A DNA stretch of 35,962 nucleotides from an uncultured virus (IMG/VR IMGVR_UViG_3300028840_004051) (lineage: Duplodnaviria; Heunggongvirae; Uroviricota; Caudoviricetes), in the IMG/VR virus record IMGVR_UViG_3300028840_004051. One strand, given 5' to 3'. Under the pieces are notes generated by a model that was not told the origin of the DNA, ran no database searches, and saw only the letters and a program-made list of their open reading frames with translations. The stretch's first letter is position 1, and each line of letters opens with the position of its first letter. Positions 9,243 to 18,775 of the stretch are shown here, piece after piece. A program made the translations under genes and the position numbers.

Positions 9243-9548
9243 TTAACCTAACCCTGTTAAATATATCTGAGGTAAATCAAGGAAGCCAATGAATTCTGGC
9301 TCCGTTGTTAGCGCTTTCCACCATGCATCATTCTTAGCGAATGGATGGCGACAGAAGTTCCCTTTCTTATCTTTTATTATTAGCCAATATCTACAATCGT
9401 GGTCAAGGCATACAACAAAACCAATGACGTTACATTTTATCAGTCGATATATTGGTATCATGCCAATGCTCATCTGAAAAAATCTCTCAGGTGATATTGT
9501 ATACGAGCTGCCTTTCATCTTAATTAAACCGAGTGAATTATTATCCAT
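9243..9548 (-). CDS. Hypothetical protein
   Basis: 101-aa ORF with GAGGAG RBS upstream. Confidence 0.55.
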   Translation of the reverse strand: MDNNSLGLIKMKGSSYTISPERFFQMSIGMIPIYRLIKCNVIGFVVCLDHDCRYWLIIKDKKGNFCRHPFAKNDAWWKALTTEPEFIGFLDLPQIYLTGLG

Positions 9549-9551
9549 ACA

Positions 9552-9713
9552 TTACTTCTCCTCTATGTCAAAAACAACCATCCAGACTGGGATGTATCTC
9601 TTGCAAAAACAATTCTTACTATCACTTAGACACTTACGGCAATCACCTGAATCATCAAACGGCTCCCTTGGCGGCCTTAATTGATGTATACAAACTTTCC
9701 TTGGCGCTTTCAT
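9552..9713 (-). CDS. Small Cys-rich protein (53 aa)
   Basis: Not in the track. ATGA overlap with the GT2 stop. MKAPRKVCIHQ...CRKC...CFCKRYIP...EEK. Confidence 0.55.
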   Translation of the reverse strand: MKAPRKVCIHQLRPPREPFDDSGDCRKCLSDSKNCFCKRYIPVWMVVFDIEEK

Positions 9714-10540
9714 ATCTCAATGTGCTCTGTGAAGTTTTTAATTAATTTCGCCTTGCCCCAATGCTTACCTTTGTTAGCTTGATATCGCTTATATTTAAGA
9801 TTCAGTAGGCTAATAAGAGTATTTTTCCTCTGCTGATATCTCCAATCCGTATGGGGGTAATTATCAGTAGGGTGTCTTTTATGATCATCAACATGAGAGA
9901 AGAATTTACCACCAAAGAATAAACAGGTAAAACCAGAGCAAAGGGCTCGATGGAGTAGATCAACGTCATCAAATCCATATCCTTCTATATCCTCATCATA
10001 ACCGCCAAGCCACATAAAATCCTTCTTGAAAAATCCCAGCCTTCCTCTGTTCTTCTGTTTGCTTTTTAAAAAAACAGGTTTCTTTATCCCTTGGTTAGCT
10101 AAGAAATTAATATATGATACGAAATCTTTTTTCACAAAATGATCAGCATCAACACTGTTAACGATATCCCCTTGTGCAAGCTTGAAGGCAATATTACGGC
10201 TATGAGTCATACTATAATATTTTGGTTCCGTAGTATGGTAGTAATTAACGATGCCAGCATTGATAAGCATCATCAACTCATCTTTAACCCATTCATCCAT
10301 ATCATCCTGGCTGTTATAATTAAGGAGGACGAACTCAGTCTTGCATTTGAAGCTATAGGAATCAGTAATGTTCTTCAGATAGGTCTTCTTCAGATTTTCG
10401 GTGCGACCCATACAGGTCGTACAGATAGATATCCGATAATACTTTTTAACTGGCTTATTATATGGACCGCGATCAAAACGCCTTGGTACAAAATCCCAAA
10501 CATCATCCCTTAATATTTCCTGCATCAAATTATCAGGCAT
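9710..10540 (-). CDS. Glycosyltransferase family 2 (with GT7-like C-terminal motif)
   Basis: ISICTTCMGR, SRN.AFKLAQGDIV.SVDAD, GGYDEDIEGYGFDDVD. Start placed at the TAATG overlap at 10540. Confidence 0.9.
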   Translation of the reverse strand: MPDNLMQEILRDDVWDFVPRRFDRGPYNKPVKKYYRISICTTCMGRTENLKKTYLKNITDSYSFKCKTEFVLLNYNSQDDMDEWVKDELMMLINAGIVNYYHTTEPKYYSMTHSRNIAFKLAQGDIVNSVDADHFVKKDFVSYINFLANQGIKKPVFLKSKQKNRGRLGFFKKDFMWLGGYDEDIEGYGFDDVDLLHRALCSGFTCLFFGGKFFSHVDDHKRHPTDNYPHTDWRYQQRKNTLISLLNLKYKRYQANKGKHWGKAKLIKNFTEHIEI

Positions 10541-11103
10541 TATCTCCTCACAAAACACATCAATGTATTTCTAAACCAATCAAAGTCAGCCGACAAACGA
10601 AACATTCTCGTCCTCATAACATCATGCTCATAACATCTCTTCCGAAACTCATCAATGACATAGTCATTAGGCTGGCAATTGACATGCCCTGATGCACTAT
10701 ATTGCCCCGGCACTGCCCAGCTTAAAACAAGATATTTACGAGATAATTTGCATACATTCTCAATAAACTGCTGCTCGTGCTTCTTAGGGATATGTTCACC
10801 CACCTCAAGACACAACGAGAAATCAAAATAATAGATATCATGAATTGGTTTAGATAAATCTACCTGGACTATATCCTCATAAATGCCAAGCATGGTGACA
10901 TCAGCGGTGCCTTCCAGCCCAACAATATCCCATCCCTTATCTGCAAAGTACCTGCAATACATTCCAGAGCCACATCCAATATCCACCGCCTTCATTGGCA
11001 GCGAATACAAATTATGGATTGCAGCGGCAAGTGACTCATCAAACTTATGCCGCTTCTTAGCTATTTTCAGGGACCATATCCCGGTTTCAGGATCTACATT
11101 CAT
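10540..11103 (-). CDS. Class I SAM-dependent methyltransferase
   Basis: VDIGCGSG motif I; FDFSLCLEVGEHIP; GHVNC. Confidence 0.9.
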   Translation of the reverse strand: MNVDPETGIWSLKIAKKRHKFDESLAAAIHNLYSLPMKAVDIGCGSGMYCRYFADKGWDIVGLEGTADVTMLGIYEDIVQVDLSKPIHDIYYFDFSLCLEVGEHIPKKHEQQFIENVCKLSRKYLVLSWAVPGQYSASGHVNCQPNDYVIDEFRKRCYEHDVMRTRMFRLSADFDWFRNTLMCFVRR

Positions 11104-11620
11104 TTTTTACCAACCAAACATGCTCCTCAAATGTTTCTATATTTTCTTCGCCGAATACTTCATCAACCGCTTGCTTCACCCCACTCCAATGATTTCCATA
11201 GTCATGCCCTGTAAACAAACCGTTCTTTTTAACCTTCGAAAGCCAGGCTTTTATATCAGCCATTACATGGCGGTAATAGTGATTGGCATCGAGAAAAGAG
11301 AGATCAAAGTAGGCATCAGGAAATATATTAGCAGATATAACCGAATTCATCCTTAGGACGTGCAACTGAGGATAATATCTCATCAAACGGCAGCAGTAGA
11401 AATACATCTCTTCCCAGTGCTCGCTTGAACGGTTGGATTGTTTGCCATGCCCATCACTCATAACTTTCCATTCATCCACCGCCCAGTATTCTTTTATACT
11501 CGGGCAGGTCTTAAGCAGGCGTTTAGTCGTATCGCTTTTCCAAATGCCTATCTCGATTACATTTTCACATTTATGCTTATTTATAAGCTCTATGAGTGCA
11601 TCTGAATGCCTAACTTTCAT
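11087..11620 (-). CDS. Class I SAM-dependent methyltransferase (Methyltransf_24-like, probable sugar O-methyltransferase)
   Basis: IEIGIWK, FLDANH.Y, GHDY and GVKQAVDE motifs. Confidence 0.85.
   Translation of the reverse strand: MKVRHSDALIELINKHKCENVIEIGIWKSDTTKRLLKTCPSIKEYWAVDEWKVMSDGHGKQSNRSSEHWEEMYFYCCRLMRYYPQLHVLRMNSVISANIFPDAYFDLSFLDANHYYRHVMADIKAWLSKVKKNGLFTGHDYGNHWSGVKQAVDEVFGEENIETFEEHVWLVKNECRS
11226..11290. repeat. 65-bp exact direct repeat shared by the two methyltransferase paralogs (other copy 11749-11813)
   Basis: tttttaaccttcgaaagccaggcttttatatcagccattacatggcggtaatagtgattggcatc occurs in both genes. Confidence 0.95.
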
Positions 11621-12179
11621 TCTTCTTTATCCATATACTTGATGGTCTCAGAAAGGTAATGCCATCTTCACTAAACATTTCATCCACCGCCTGCTTAACC
11701 CCTGTATGATTTGGTTCATTATAATCGTGGCCCATAAATAAACCGTTATTTTTAACCTTCGAAAGCCAGGCTTTTATATCAGCCATTACATGGCGGTAAT
11801 AGTGATTGGCATCAATATAGATCAAATCAGCGTATCGGTCAGGAAAGATAGAGGCTGCTTTAGCTGAATCACTCCTTATAACTCGTAGTTGAGGAAACCA
11901 CTTAACCATCATCTCACAAGCATAAAGATGAATAAGATCCCAATTATCTTGGGATCTCTCGCCCATCCTACCGTGACCGTCTCCAAGATACCGCCATTGA
12001 TCCACTGCATAATATTCCTTAATAATATTATAGCATACAGGATGCTTGCTCATAATATGCTTTATCAAACCACTTTTCCAGATGCCTACCTCGATTATCT
12101 TCTCACATTTATGATGTTTGATTATATTTGCGATCACAGAATGGTGGTGTTCGTTTGGCTTCCTAACTCTTGTACTCAT
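11610..12179 (-). CDS. Class I SAM-dependent methyltransferase (Methyltransf_24-like), tandem paralog
   Basis: IEVGIWK, YIDANH.Y, GHDY and GVKQAVDE motifs. Confidence 0.85.
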   Translation of the reverse strand: MSTRVRKPNEHHHSVIANIIKHHKCEKIIEVGIWKSGLIKHIMSKHPVCYNIIKEYYAVDQWRYLGDGHGRMGERSQDNWDLIHLYACEMMVKWFPQLRVIRSDSAKAASIFPDRYADLIYIDANHYYRHVMADIKAWLSKVKNNGLFMGHDYNEPNHTGVKQAVDEMFSEDGITFLRPSSIWIKKNES

Positions 12180-12199
12180 AACTTATACCTTATACCTTA

Positions 12200-13144
12200 T
12201 TATAAATTCTCTTCAACTAACTCTATAAATTTCTCTACCCGTTTCGTCATCGAGAACCTTTCTCTGACAAATCTCATGCCCTCACTAGCAATTCTTTTTC
12301 TTTCGTCAGGATGGTTTAAATAAAAATTAATCTTATCTACAAAGTCATCAATATTATCAAAATCAACAAAGTGTTTCCCTGGCTCATATCCAAGGAATGA
12401 GTAATCTGGTGCAGTACTATCAGAAATTAATAATGTGCCACAAGCCATTACCTCATTTACACGATTATTCAGAATACCTAATTTAATAGATTCATTTATA
12501 CAAATTTTAGATTGGTTAATCTTGACTACATAATCATCCCAACCCACCTTACTGGTAAAGGTCGTTATATTCGGGAGGTCTTTAATAGCACATATCATAC
12601 TTTTTCTATATCTATAAAAAGATTTTCGACTTGCATACATTGCAGAAACATCGAAAATCTTTTCAACATCTAACTTTCTAAATCTCTTTATCTCAACACC
12701 CGCTGGTAGTAAGAAAACCTTCTCTGATATACCTCGCTTTTTTAAATAGTCAACAGTAGGAATTACCTGTCCAAAAGCAATATCAAATTTATGGCTACTA
12801 AAAAAATACTCATGCTTTCGCCCATAACTACACTCAGGGTTAGCCTCAAAAAAGCCAGCGGAGATACATACCTTAGGAATTTTCACCTCATTAAATCCTG
12901 GAACTATTATCTCAGAATACGACCATAAAATAATGTCTGGTTTAGGCCACATCATATCAATGATATCTTGTAATAGCATTTTTTTATTATAAAATGCTGT
13001 ATATCCCTTGCCCCAAAAAGTTACATTATGATGGCGAGCTAATTCCTCACGAAATAATTCCTCATGCCAATCAATTCTCCGACCCTTCCTCATTCGATCA
13101 TAGACATCATATATACGTTTCGGGCCAATCAATAAAATATTCAC
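12200..13144 (-). CDS. GT-B glycosyltransferase, CgeB/Glyco_trans_1_2-like
   Basis: SKICIN...NNRVNEVMACGTLLISD...ER.RIA.EG..FV.ERFS. Confidence 0.85.
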   Translation of the reverse strand: MNILLIGPKRIYDVYDRMRKGRRIDWHEELFREELARHHNVTFWGKGYTAFYNKKMLLQDIIDMMWPKPDIILWSYSEIIVPGFNEVKIPKVCISAGFFEANPECSYGRKHEYFFSSHKFDIAFGQVIPTVDYLKKRGISEKVFLLPAGVEIKRFRKLDVEKIFDVSAMYASRKSFYRYRKSMICAIKDLPNITTFTSKVGWDDYVVKINQSKICINESIKLGILNNRVNEVMACGTLLISDSTAPDYSFLGYEPGKHFVDFDNIDDFVDKINFYLNHPDERKRIASEGMRFVRERFSMTKRVEKFIELVEENL

Positions 13145-14046
13145 TGATACATCTCTTTTTTAATTCTTTTAATAACTCTATTAATACCAGACCAAACATC
13201 AATAGATGGAGTAAATTTTAAAATATTCTCTTGGAAAAACAAATCAGGTATTTTAGTAAGTGTCATCCTATCTGGCAACTTCTTAAATTTTATCAGATCA
13301 TTATCAATACCCAATCCATGGGCTATAAATTTTGCTACTGTACTCATTTTAACAACTTTTGGATGCCCTATATTAATGACATTATATTTTATCAAAGAAA
13401 AATCAGTATTAAGTAAACGGCTAAATGCAACCATCGCATCATCAATATGCATCCAACTTCTTCTTGATCCACTATGAACTTTTATATCTCTTCCTGCATA
13501 TAAATCTGAAACAAATCTAATAATAGCGCTTCTATGATTACCAATAACTTCATTTCCCCCATAAATCATAAATGGTCTAACCGTAACACAACTCAAACCA
13601 TAATTCTTAATTTCATAATCTACTAACTGTTCAGCAAGATATTTGCTAATACCATAACGATTATTAGGATTAGGAGTTAATTTTTCTGACATAATTTCAT
13701 TAGTATTACCATAAACTTCAGATGTAGAAAAATTAATTAAAGAAGCACCATACTTTTTACAGATTTGAATAACATTATTTGTACCAGTAACATTAGTATC
13801 AATGGCTAACTGAGCCTCTTTTTCACACGTAACCCTGCTAACAAATCCAGCCATATGATAAACGAATTCAGGTTTAAAACTATCAATAATAGAACTAGAA
13901 CAAGGATATTTAATATCCCATTGAATATAATCATCTTCATGCAAAGATACGATATCTACCCTCAATACATCATGTGAAAGAGATCTTAAATAAGGAACAA
14001 GTTCGCAACCAATATTACCCTCACTGCCAGTTACTAATATCCTCAT
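13141..14046 (-). CDS. NAD-dependent NDP-sugar epimerase/dehydratase (extended SDR)
   Basis: ILVTGSEGNIG, FSTSEVYG, YGISK (YxxxK). Confidence 0.92.
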   Translation of the reverse strand: MRILVTGSEGNIGCELVPYLRSLSHDVLRVDIVSLHEDDYIQWDIKYPCSSSIIDSFKPEFVYHMAGFVSRVTCEKEAQLAIDTNVTGTNNVIQICKKYGASLINFSTSEVYGNTNEIMSEKLTPNPNNRYGISKYLAEQLVDYEIKNYGLSCVTVRPFMIYGGNEVIGNHRSAIIRFVSDLYAGRDIKVHSGSRRSWMHIDDAMVAFSRLLNTDFSLIKYNVINIGHPKVVKMSTVAKFIAHGLGIDNDLIKFKKLPDRMTLTKIPDLFFQENILKFTPSIDVWSGINRVIKRIKKEMYQ

Positions 14047-14049
14047 TGC

Positions 14050-14148
14050 CTACAAAATTATCCAAATCTTATACAGTATATATCCACCAATTCCGAATAT
14101 AACCATAAGCAACAAAACGATTATCAAAAGGGTAAATTCAACACTCAT
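14050..14148 (-). CDS. 32-aa single-TM microprotein
   Basis: Not in the track. ATGA overlap with the upstream stop. MSVEFTLLIIVLLLMVIFGIGGYILYKIWIIL. Confidence 0.5.
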   Translation of the reverse strand: MSVEFTLLIIVLLLMVIFGIGGYILYKIWIIL

Positions 14149-14306
14149 ATCATCCAACATAGCCAAATAAAGAAGGCGACTGCCATCAGGCAAGCCGCTA
14201 CCCTGCAAAACCCTGCCATCCACTTAATAAAGTATTCTAACCCTCCACCTTTCCCATAATAGTCAGACAGATCAGGATCAGGTTCTGGCAAATTAGTAAT
14301 CAACAT
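14145..14306 (-). CDS. Small membrane protein
   Basis: GGAG RBS before ATG 14306. C-terminal hydrophobic helix. Confidence 0.5.
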   Translation of the reverse strand: MLITNLPEPDPDLSDYYGKGGGLEYFIKWMAGFCRVAACLMAVAFFIWLCWMI

Positions 14307-16939
14307 AATAACTCCTCTAATATTGATACCCACCTGGTGGGATCGAGGTTATCCTTTGCCCACTGCTTAGCGTTCATCCCCATTGCCAAGCGGTATGTTT
14401 CTTTCCTTTCCATCAGCTTCAAAGCATACTGAAAACCGTCATAATCTATGCATTGGAATCCGGTATCACCATGAACCACGCGATCGGCTGTTCCATCCCT
14501 TGGCTCAGTAAGTACTGGTAATCCGGCGGCCAGAGCCTCCGCCACAACTCTTGGATATTGATCTCTCCACCGGTTGCTAGTTCGATAGAGATACACATGG
14601 CCTCTTGAAAGGAAATCTGTGATGGGCATTGCGTTCCATTCGTAAAACTGCATCCTTTTATTTCCTCGGAAATGATTAACCAGTTCAGATGGTGCGGCCA
14701 TAAATTCAAATCTTGCTGACTTGACATTCTTCAATAACCTCTCATAGAATTTCGTATCAAGATCTTTATCAAGGCATTTCTGCCATACATGGATTTTATC
14801 GCCCCCTGTGGATTCTGTGGTGACAAACTTTCGCTTATCGGGTTTACAGTGCTTAAGGACTACAAGCTCATCATCCTTACTTCTCTTCGACGGTTCAATA
14901 TCAAGGAATTTATTCAGATCTATTGCGCCGAAAAGGACAATCTGCTTTGTACTGTCAAATCCAATCTGATCCCTTGCCCATTCCTGCTGCTTCTCTTTAT
15001 TCTGAAAGATGACGGCTTTCAACTTTCCAGACTCACTCAACCAATCACATTTTGGTAATGGACCGTTGACATAATTTATACCAACTATCAGCGAGCGACA
15101 TCTATCAACTAGTTGCCTCGATATCGGGTTCTTGACGAAATCCCATACTCTATCATTGGCATAAAATAGGATAGGCGAATTATCGATATGATTGATCATT
15201 CCTTCTTTAAAACTGCATGGCTCAGGTTTAAATAACGAGGCATTACGTTCATTCACTTTTCCCCAAGGGTATAGCTTAACTTGCCACCCAGCTTGCCTCA
15301 GCAAATTTGCAATCATACAAAAGGACTGCTCCCCACCACCATCAGTATTCATATTGCCAAGTAGATTAATCCTTTTATCTGTATAACTATTTATCTGCCT
15401 AGCTTTATCTCGGTCATAAATATAATCCTGCTTATCCTTGTCATATCCAACTGCATCATATTTATCACGATTATAAACATATGGTTCATTTGGACGACGT
15501 TGCCCAGGTTTAAGACTAATATCATTCTTTTGAGAAGTAGGAAGATATTCCGTATCTTCTTTATATAAATCTTCCGTCATAAAATCATGGTCTTTAGTCT
15601 CAGGCAGTGGAGTTATAGGGGCATCTTTTAATTCTTCCATCTCATCTTTTAATTCTACGACGGATTCCTTGACTTCTTTCATTTTATTTTTCAGCTCACT
15701 AGTGCCACTCCCAAGTGCACCATATCTATAAATCATCTTTAGTCTCCCACTTGTTCCATCTTGATATCGATACATATCTCCCTCATAGTATCGTTCTATA
15801 GCACGGATGACGTCATCCGCTTTTATTGTGTCCATACATGCCTGCACCTTTTTACCATCAACATCATGGGTTCTATAGCATAGACTCTTATTATGTTTCT
15901 CGTCCTTTTCAACTGGCTCAATCCTTGCTCTCCAGCACGCAGGCTGGCAGCAGCTATGAGCTCCATTCGTATGAAGGATCTGGTGATTGCAATACCAAGA
16001 CCATGTCGTAGGCTCCCGACCACCAAATATTGATACACAAGGCTTACGGCCCTTACCTATCTTGGAGGGAATGGCGGCGGTAAGATGCATGAGAAATGAT
16101 GGCACGCAAACGGTGCCAGTAGCATGATAAACAAGGGGTATCAGCCCTCGAATATCATCGTTGAAATAATCAATAAGGTTAATTGTATTCTTAAGATCAA
16201 ATTGAATGTGTTCACTCTTGCCAATTACGACGAATTTTATTTTCCCTTCAAAATAATCAATAACATCTTGAAACCGCCGCCAATCCCACAGCTTAGCCGT
16301 AAAGTCCCACTTACCTCCTGGCGCGATGACCCAGTATTCCTTCACTCCATAATCACGTTCAATAAGATTGTTTTCTTTCTCTTCTGATGTTAGATGAATA
16401 TCACCTCTCTGCCTGGCAAACTCTTTACAATGTTTTTTATATCTCTCCCTCAGAGAGATGAATGGCTCTCTGGCGTTTTGGTTCTTCCCGGGGTTCCCCA
16501 AAGACGGATCACCTACTGACCCGTTGGCAAAGGACGCGCAAAACTCTCCGAGGGAGATTGGAAGAGGCTGGTGTAAGTCAGCGACGGCAATCATATCAAG
16601 CAAAAACATAGTAGTAAAATGAATAGCAGCATTATTCGCATTACCTACCGCTGGGTAACCAACCTCGTAAAACTCAACTCCTGGCTGATTCTTGTTTAAT
16701 CCACGTTCAAGATATGGATTGTTTTCCCATAAGAAATTATGATTCGATTCAGCATTAATCAAGATATCGGGGAAGAGTAATTTAAAATCCCTGATACCTG
16801 CTGTGAACATCAACGCATCGCCAATACAACGATCATGTTTGAAGACGATCCTACGTTTCTTAGTATCGATATCTGACTGCTTAATATTGGCTGTTTTTGG
16901 TACGATTTCTATCTGCATATACTTCTTAATATTACCCAA
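14300..16939 (-). CDS. Fused glycosyltransferase: N-terminal GT9 (heptosyltransferase-like) plus C-terminal GT4-like domain
   Basis: N-half IGDALM, K.WDW.RFQ, SFLMHL.AA and Cys motif CCQPACW...C...CMDTI. Charged linker. C-half GGGEQS...DQYPRVVAEALAAGLPVL...V.HGDTGF. Start uncertain (TTG 16939 or ATG 16918). Confidence 0.85.
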   Translation of the reverse strand: MGNIKKYMQIEIVPKTANIKQSDIDTKKRRIVFKHDRCIGDALMFTAGIRDFKLLFPDILINAESNHNFLWENNPYLERGLNKNQPGVEFYEVGYPAVGNANNAAIHFTTMFLLDMIAVADLHQPLPISLGEFCASFANGSVGDPSLGNPGKNQNAREPFISLRERYKKHCKEFARQRGDIHLTSEEKENNLIERDYGVKEYWVIAPGGKWDFTAKLWDWRRFQDVIDYFEGKIKFVVIGKSEHIQFDLKNTINLIDYFNDDIRGLIPLVYHATGTVCVPSFLMHLTAAIPSKIGKGRKPCVSIFGGREPTTWSWYCNHQILHTNGAHSCCQPACWRARIEPVEKDEKHNKSLCYRTHDVDGKKVQACMDTIKADDVIRAIERYYEGDMYRYQDGTSGRLKMIYRYGALGSGTSELKNKMKEVKESVVELKDEMEELKDAPITPLPETKDHDFMTEDLYKEDTEYLPTSQKNDISLKPGQRRPNEPYVYNRDKYDAVGYDKDKQDYIYDRDKARQINSYTDKRINLLGNMNTDGGGEQSFCMIANLLRQAGWQVKLYPWGKVNERNASLFKPEPCSFKEGMINHIDNSPILFYANDRVWDFVKNPISRQLVDRCRSLIVGINYVNGPLPKCDWLSESGKLKAVIFQNKEKQQEWARDQIGFDSTKQIVLFGAIDLNKFLDIEPSKRSKDDELVVLKHCKPDKRKFVTTESTGGDKIHVWQKCLDKDLDTKFYERLLKNVKSARFEFMAAPSELVNHFRGNKRMQFYEWNAMPITDFLSRGHVYLYRTSNRWRDQYPRVVAEALAAGLPVLTEPRDGTADRVVHGDTGFQCIDYDGFQYALKLMERKETYRLAMGMNAKQWAKDNLDPTRWVSILEELLC

Positions 16940-16948
16940 TAGGAGAAC

Positions 16949-16987
16949 GTTTAATATAGGCTAAATCAGGCTGTTTAAAGCTATGTT
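16949..16987 (-). promoter_or_regulatory. 39-bp intergenic repeat, copy 2 (candidate late promoter or operator)
   Basis: One mismatch to 6197-6235. Lies directly upstream of the glycosylation cluster. Confidence 0.6.
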
Positions 16988-16994
16988 TTAACCA

Positions 16995-17459
16995 TTAATA
17001 AAGACTTAATTCACTAACCTCTTCTTGCAAATAATCAATCAATGCTAAGACCAGCTCGACATCTTTTGGCAAAAATAATCCTTGTTCATCAAATAGAAAA
17101 ATATCGCTGCTGATGATTAGGAATACTCCACCCACTCTTCTATTCAGTTTAGCAACCTCAACAAGTATGAGGTCTTGAAAATCAGAATAGGTTACATTGC
17201 CTTGAACGAATTCCTCCACTTTTGTCGACCACTCATTAAATTTTTCAACATAATCATCGTCAAACAAAGCTGGGCTTTTAGCCGCCACAGTTATAAGTCT
17301 TAATGCACGACATGGATTCTCGATCTTTTCAGCAATCAATGAATTCCAAGGATTAGCATCATACTTGTCATAAAGATCACAATCACGATCATTATATATA
17401 AACGATGATCCACATGATGATAGCAACAATATACTCAAAATAACAGCTAGTGTTTTCAT
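16995..17459 (-). CDS. Lipoprotein
   Basis: Start re-assigned to ATG 17459 (AAGGA RBS). MKTLAVILSILLLSSC lipobox. Confidence 0.75.
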   Translation of the reverse strand: MKTLAVILSILLLSSCGSSFIYNDRDCDLYDKYDANPWNSLIAEKIENPCRALRLITVAAKSPALFDDDYVEKFNEWSTKVEEFVQGNVTYSDFQDLILVEVAKLNRRVGGVFLIISSDIFLFDEQGLFLPKDVELVLALIDYLQEEVSELSLY

Positions 17460-17469
17460 ATCCTTCGCC

Positions 17470-17628
17470 TTATCCTTTAATATTATCAATCCTTCCATCT
17501 ACAAAACATCCTAATATTCTTCTACCAACTTTGGTGAATATAATAAATCCAAATAAGAATCCGCCGACCGGAACAGCAAAGCAGACCAAAAAATTCCACC
17601 AACTTCTTCTTATCCATTCTTTAATCAT
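17470..17628 (-). CDS. 52-aa single-TM protein
   Basis: Not in the track. ATGA overlap with the upstream stop. MIKEWIRRSWWNFLVCFAVPVGGFLFGFIIFTK... Confidence 0.55.
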   Translation of the reverse strand: MIKEWIRRSWWNFLVCFAVPVGGFLFGFIIFTKVGRRILGCFVDGRIDNIKG

Positions 17629-18188
17629 TTTGGTTTAGGCAGCATCTCATGAGGCGTTAATATTTTAAAAGGTGGCAACTTATCATCCATATCTGTACCA
17701 TCACCTCTTCTGGATGATTTTTTAATACCCTCTTTGCCTGTCATCATAGCGGAGCCACCGCGTTCTCCTTTTTTCTTCATAGCCTCAATTATTTTCCTAT
17801 GCATCTCCTCCGAATATTCTATCTCGTACGCACGTGGTCGTCTGGAACCAGAATAGACGAAAGCCTTTTTAGGATTCATTAAATTGGACAGATCCTGCCA
17901 GTGATTGGGCTCCGTATTAATCCAAAAGTAAATCGCACCGTCATTGCTTGGAGAAGGTTCAACGATAAGAGGAGGACTGATGACTTTCGCATTCGGTGGG
18001 ATATCTTCTTTAACTGGCCAACCCATCATATTCGGCAGGGCAAGGAACAATATGAGGCTATAATAGATCATCATCAAAATAATTGGTACTCGAATTATAT
18101 AGCTCCCTTTTGTTTTAATAAGATCCCAAATCAACACCGTAGCAAGCAGTATATATCCAACTATTAAACTCCAAGTTATATCAAACAT
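17625..18188 (-). CDS. Two-TM membrane protein with soluble C-terminal domain
   Basis: Two N-terminal hydrophobic helices, then GWP...IYFW...PRAY. TGATG-coupled to the upstream gene. Confidence 0.75.
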   Translation of the reverse strand: MFDITWSLIVGYILLATVLIWDLIKTKGSYIIRVPIILMMIYYSLILFLALPNMMGWPVKEDIPPNAKVISPPLIVEPSPSNDGAIYFWINTEPNHWQDLSNLMNPKKAFVYSGSRRPRAYEIEYSEEMHRKIIEAMKKKGERGGSAMMTGKEGIKKSSRRGDGTDMDDKLPPFKILTPHEMLPKPK

Positions 18189-18775
18189 CAATTCACCAAC
18201 CCTTTCGGAAGATCACTGATAGACATAATCTTACCTTGAGCAGTCATCTCCAATCGAGCAACGGTCGCCTCTTCCCATGATTCACTAAGAATGATCTTCT
18301 TGTTAAATATTGGTGTGAGTTTAGGATTCAGCTTATCCATCACCACACTCACCTCTGTCGGCTTATTGGTATTATCCATATAGCGGTGAATATTGATAAT
18401 CCATTCACCTTTGATAAATCCCCTTATTGTCACAATCTCTTGATTATATGGATATACCACCGTGTCACCACTTGGCAGAAAGACGATATCGTTTATATGC
18501 CCTTTATCATCACGATCAATATGGATCAACCCCTTCTCTTTATTTCTGAATGATGCCACATTACCTGCGGGATCGCTTATCCATATATCAATGTCGTCTG
18601 ACTTCTCATCACTCTCAGGCCAAGTCATCTTGATAACAAACTCAGCTTTTGTTGACAAATCATGCTGTTTTTCTATGATAGGCCGGATCAAAAGAAATGA
18701 AATAATAAATAGAAAACCAAACCCCAGTAGAAGGTTGAAAAGAAGATCTGTGAATGCGACATTATCGGTTTTCAT
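18188..18775 (-). CDS. ExbD/TolR/MotB-like single-TM protein with YfaP(DUF2135)-like periplasmic domain
   Basis: TM AFTDLLFNLLLGFGFLFII carries the conserved Asp. Then TW...DDIDIWISDP.G...DRDD.G...EIVTI...GEW.INIH.Y. Confidence 0.7.
   Translation of the reverse strand: MKTDNVAFTDLLFNLLLGFGFLFIISFLLIRPIIEKQHDLSTKAEFVIKMTWPESDEKSDDIDIWISDPAGNVASFRNKEKGLIHIDRDDKGHINDIVFLPSGDTVVYPYNQEIVTIRGFIKGEWIINIHRYMDNTNKPTEVSVVMDKLNPKLTPIFNKKIILSESWEEATVARLEMTAQGKIMSISDLPKGLVN

Noticed and set aside
11212..11813. Methyltransferase repeat as a DGR template/variable pair
   Set aside because: The core is identical, the flanking mismatches are not adenine-specific, and no reverse transcriptase is present in the window.
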